Assembly: GCF_963921235.1 (NCBI RefSeq)
Contig: NC_086107.1
Span: 60,450,001-60,514,000 of the forward strand
DNA: 64,000 nucleotides
Direction: 5' to 3'
DNA from: Mobula hypostoma
Taxonomy: Eukaryota
Shown here one piece after another: positions 62,754 through 64,000 of this stretch. The notes under the pieces are model-generated. The model saw only the letters and a program-made list of their open reading frames with translations, did not search any database and had not been told where the DNA came from. Both the position numbers and the translations under genes were made by a program. Each line of letters begins with the position of its first letter. Positions within the stretch are counted from its first letter, which is position 1.

Positions 62754-63475
62754 CAATGTTCTCTCTAATTTGTAATGACCAGTGTGCACAAAAATCTTGT
62801 GCTGGGCAATTTTTTGCCCAGTGACAACGTGTGATCTGAATTTTATATATAGAGGTATTCATTTTAACAGCTGGCAAAACACTGTCAATAAGATCTTTGA
62901 TCTTCTCTCGGTTTGATCGTTTTTGCTCTCATTCATCTGCACTCTCACAAAACGTGTAGCAGGCCTTTAGCGGTATTGAAGGATTTTCTCCCTGGAGCCT
63001 TTGCACACCGCCCATATGTGATTTGCTTGCTAAATGATGCTTTAAAAAGTCAAGTTCACAAGTATCACTCCACTTCTTCCCCCTTGTAAATTCTTCAGCA
63101 ATAAATGCAGGTAACACCAGTTTCTGTATTGTACATAATATTTCTTGTAGCTGCATATTTCTGACTTCATGAGGTTTTGGTGCAGCAATTTCTACTGTTT
63201 CATTAAGCCATTCTGCTTTAAATGAACTCGCAGTTCATTTGCAATTCATACCCTTTGTTTCTTTGGAATTCGACATGGTGAATCAATAATTTTTTCAATT
63301 CAAACAGTATAAATAAGTCAGTTCTAAAATCTGCAGACAAATGATCACAAATTCCACATTGTCAACACAGTCCATGTCAGTAACTGGAAGAGGAAGTGTG
63401 ATCGTGTGCGATCATAAAATATATTTAACATGCCAACGAGGTAAAGGGTGACAACCTTTTGTGGAGGGAACATTG
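62754..63475 (-). mobile_element. hAT-superfamily deletion derivative
   Basis: TIRs CAATGTTCTCTC / GAGGGAACATTG and an 8-bp TSD CTCAGAAC / CTCAGATC (7 of 8 match). Remnant N-terminal zinc-finger-like peptide (FKAEWL...CTI...FTRGKKW...LKHHLASKSH). Confidence 0.85.
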
Positions 63476-63816
63476 CTCAGATCCTAGATTCCTGCACTAG
63501 CCCACTAGCCCAGAGGCTGATCCACAATGGTCTCTGGGACCTTAGCCTTCACCTCTTCTCACAGAAGCATGCCTCAGTTCACCACTTTACTCTGCTCACT
63601 TCAGCAATGGCCCTGAGCAATCATTTATGACATGATGGAACTGGAAAGCCAGAGAAAACCCCCACAGGGTGAGACGGAATATGCAGATTCCAGCCAGGTA
63701 GCTCTGGACGTAGGTATTGAACCCAGGCTGCTGCAAATGTGTGCTCTCAGAATGAAATGTTGCTTAACTGTGCCTGATAGAACAACAAATTATAATAAAA
63801 AAATTACAACAATAAA

Positions 63817-64000
63817 GGAGCGGCATGGTAGTGTAGTCGTCAGCACAATGCTTTACGGTACCAGTGACCAGGTTCAATTCCTGCTACCGCCTGTAGTGAG
63901 TTTGTACGATCTCCCTGTGATCATGTGGGTTTCCTCGGGGTGCTCAGGTTTCCTCCCAGTGTCCAAAGGCATGCCAGTTAGTAGGTTAATTGGTCATTGT
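63817..64000 (+). mobile_element. V-SINE (HE1-like), runs off the window
   Basis: tRNA-like head ggcatggtagtgtagt, B box GGTTCAATTCC, V-domain gtgggtttcctcggggtgctcaggtttcctccca. Confidence 0.85.

Overview
This is a eukaryotic (vertebrate) genomic window. The repeat repertoire (CR1, Rex1/Babar, L2, RTE, Penelope, V-SINE/HE1-like SINEs) suggests a cartilaginous fish, probably a ray; this is an inference. Three genes lie in the same order and orientation as at human 11p15.5. (1) The 5' two-thirds of PIDD1 on the minus strand: 9 coding exons between 21102 and 1968 splice in frame into LRR-ZU5-ZU5 with both HFS autoproteolysis motifs; the rest is outside the window. (2) A complete RPLP2 on the plus strand: TOP exon 1 plus 4 coding exons, 111 aa. 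(3) The first coding exon of PNPLA2/ATGL on the plus strand. Introns and intergenic DNA are dominated by transposons, many nested with readable target-site duplications (TSDs). The most striking non-genic signal is a family of eight minimal type I hammerhead-ribozyme motifs carried by Penelope-like element ends. Most are mutated in the core, often at CpG sites. One copy keeps the CTGATGA/GAAA/GTC core and lies in sense orientation in the PNPLA2 intron after the first coding exon, within a fold-back element. All calls were made by eye; no searches were run.
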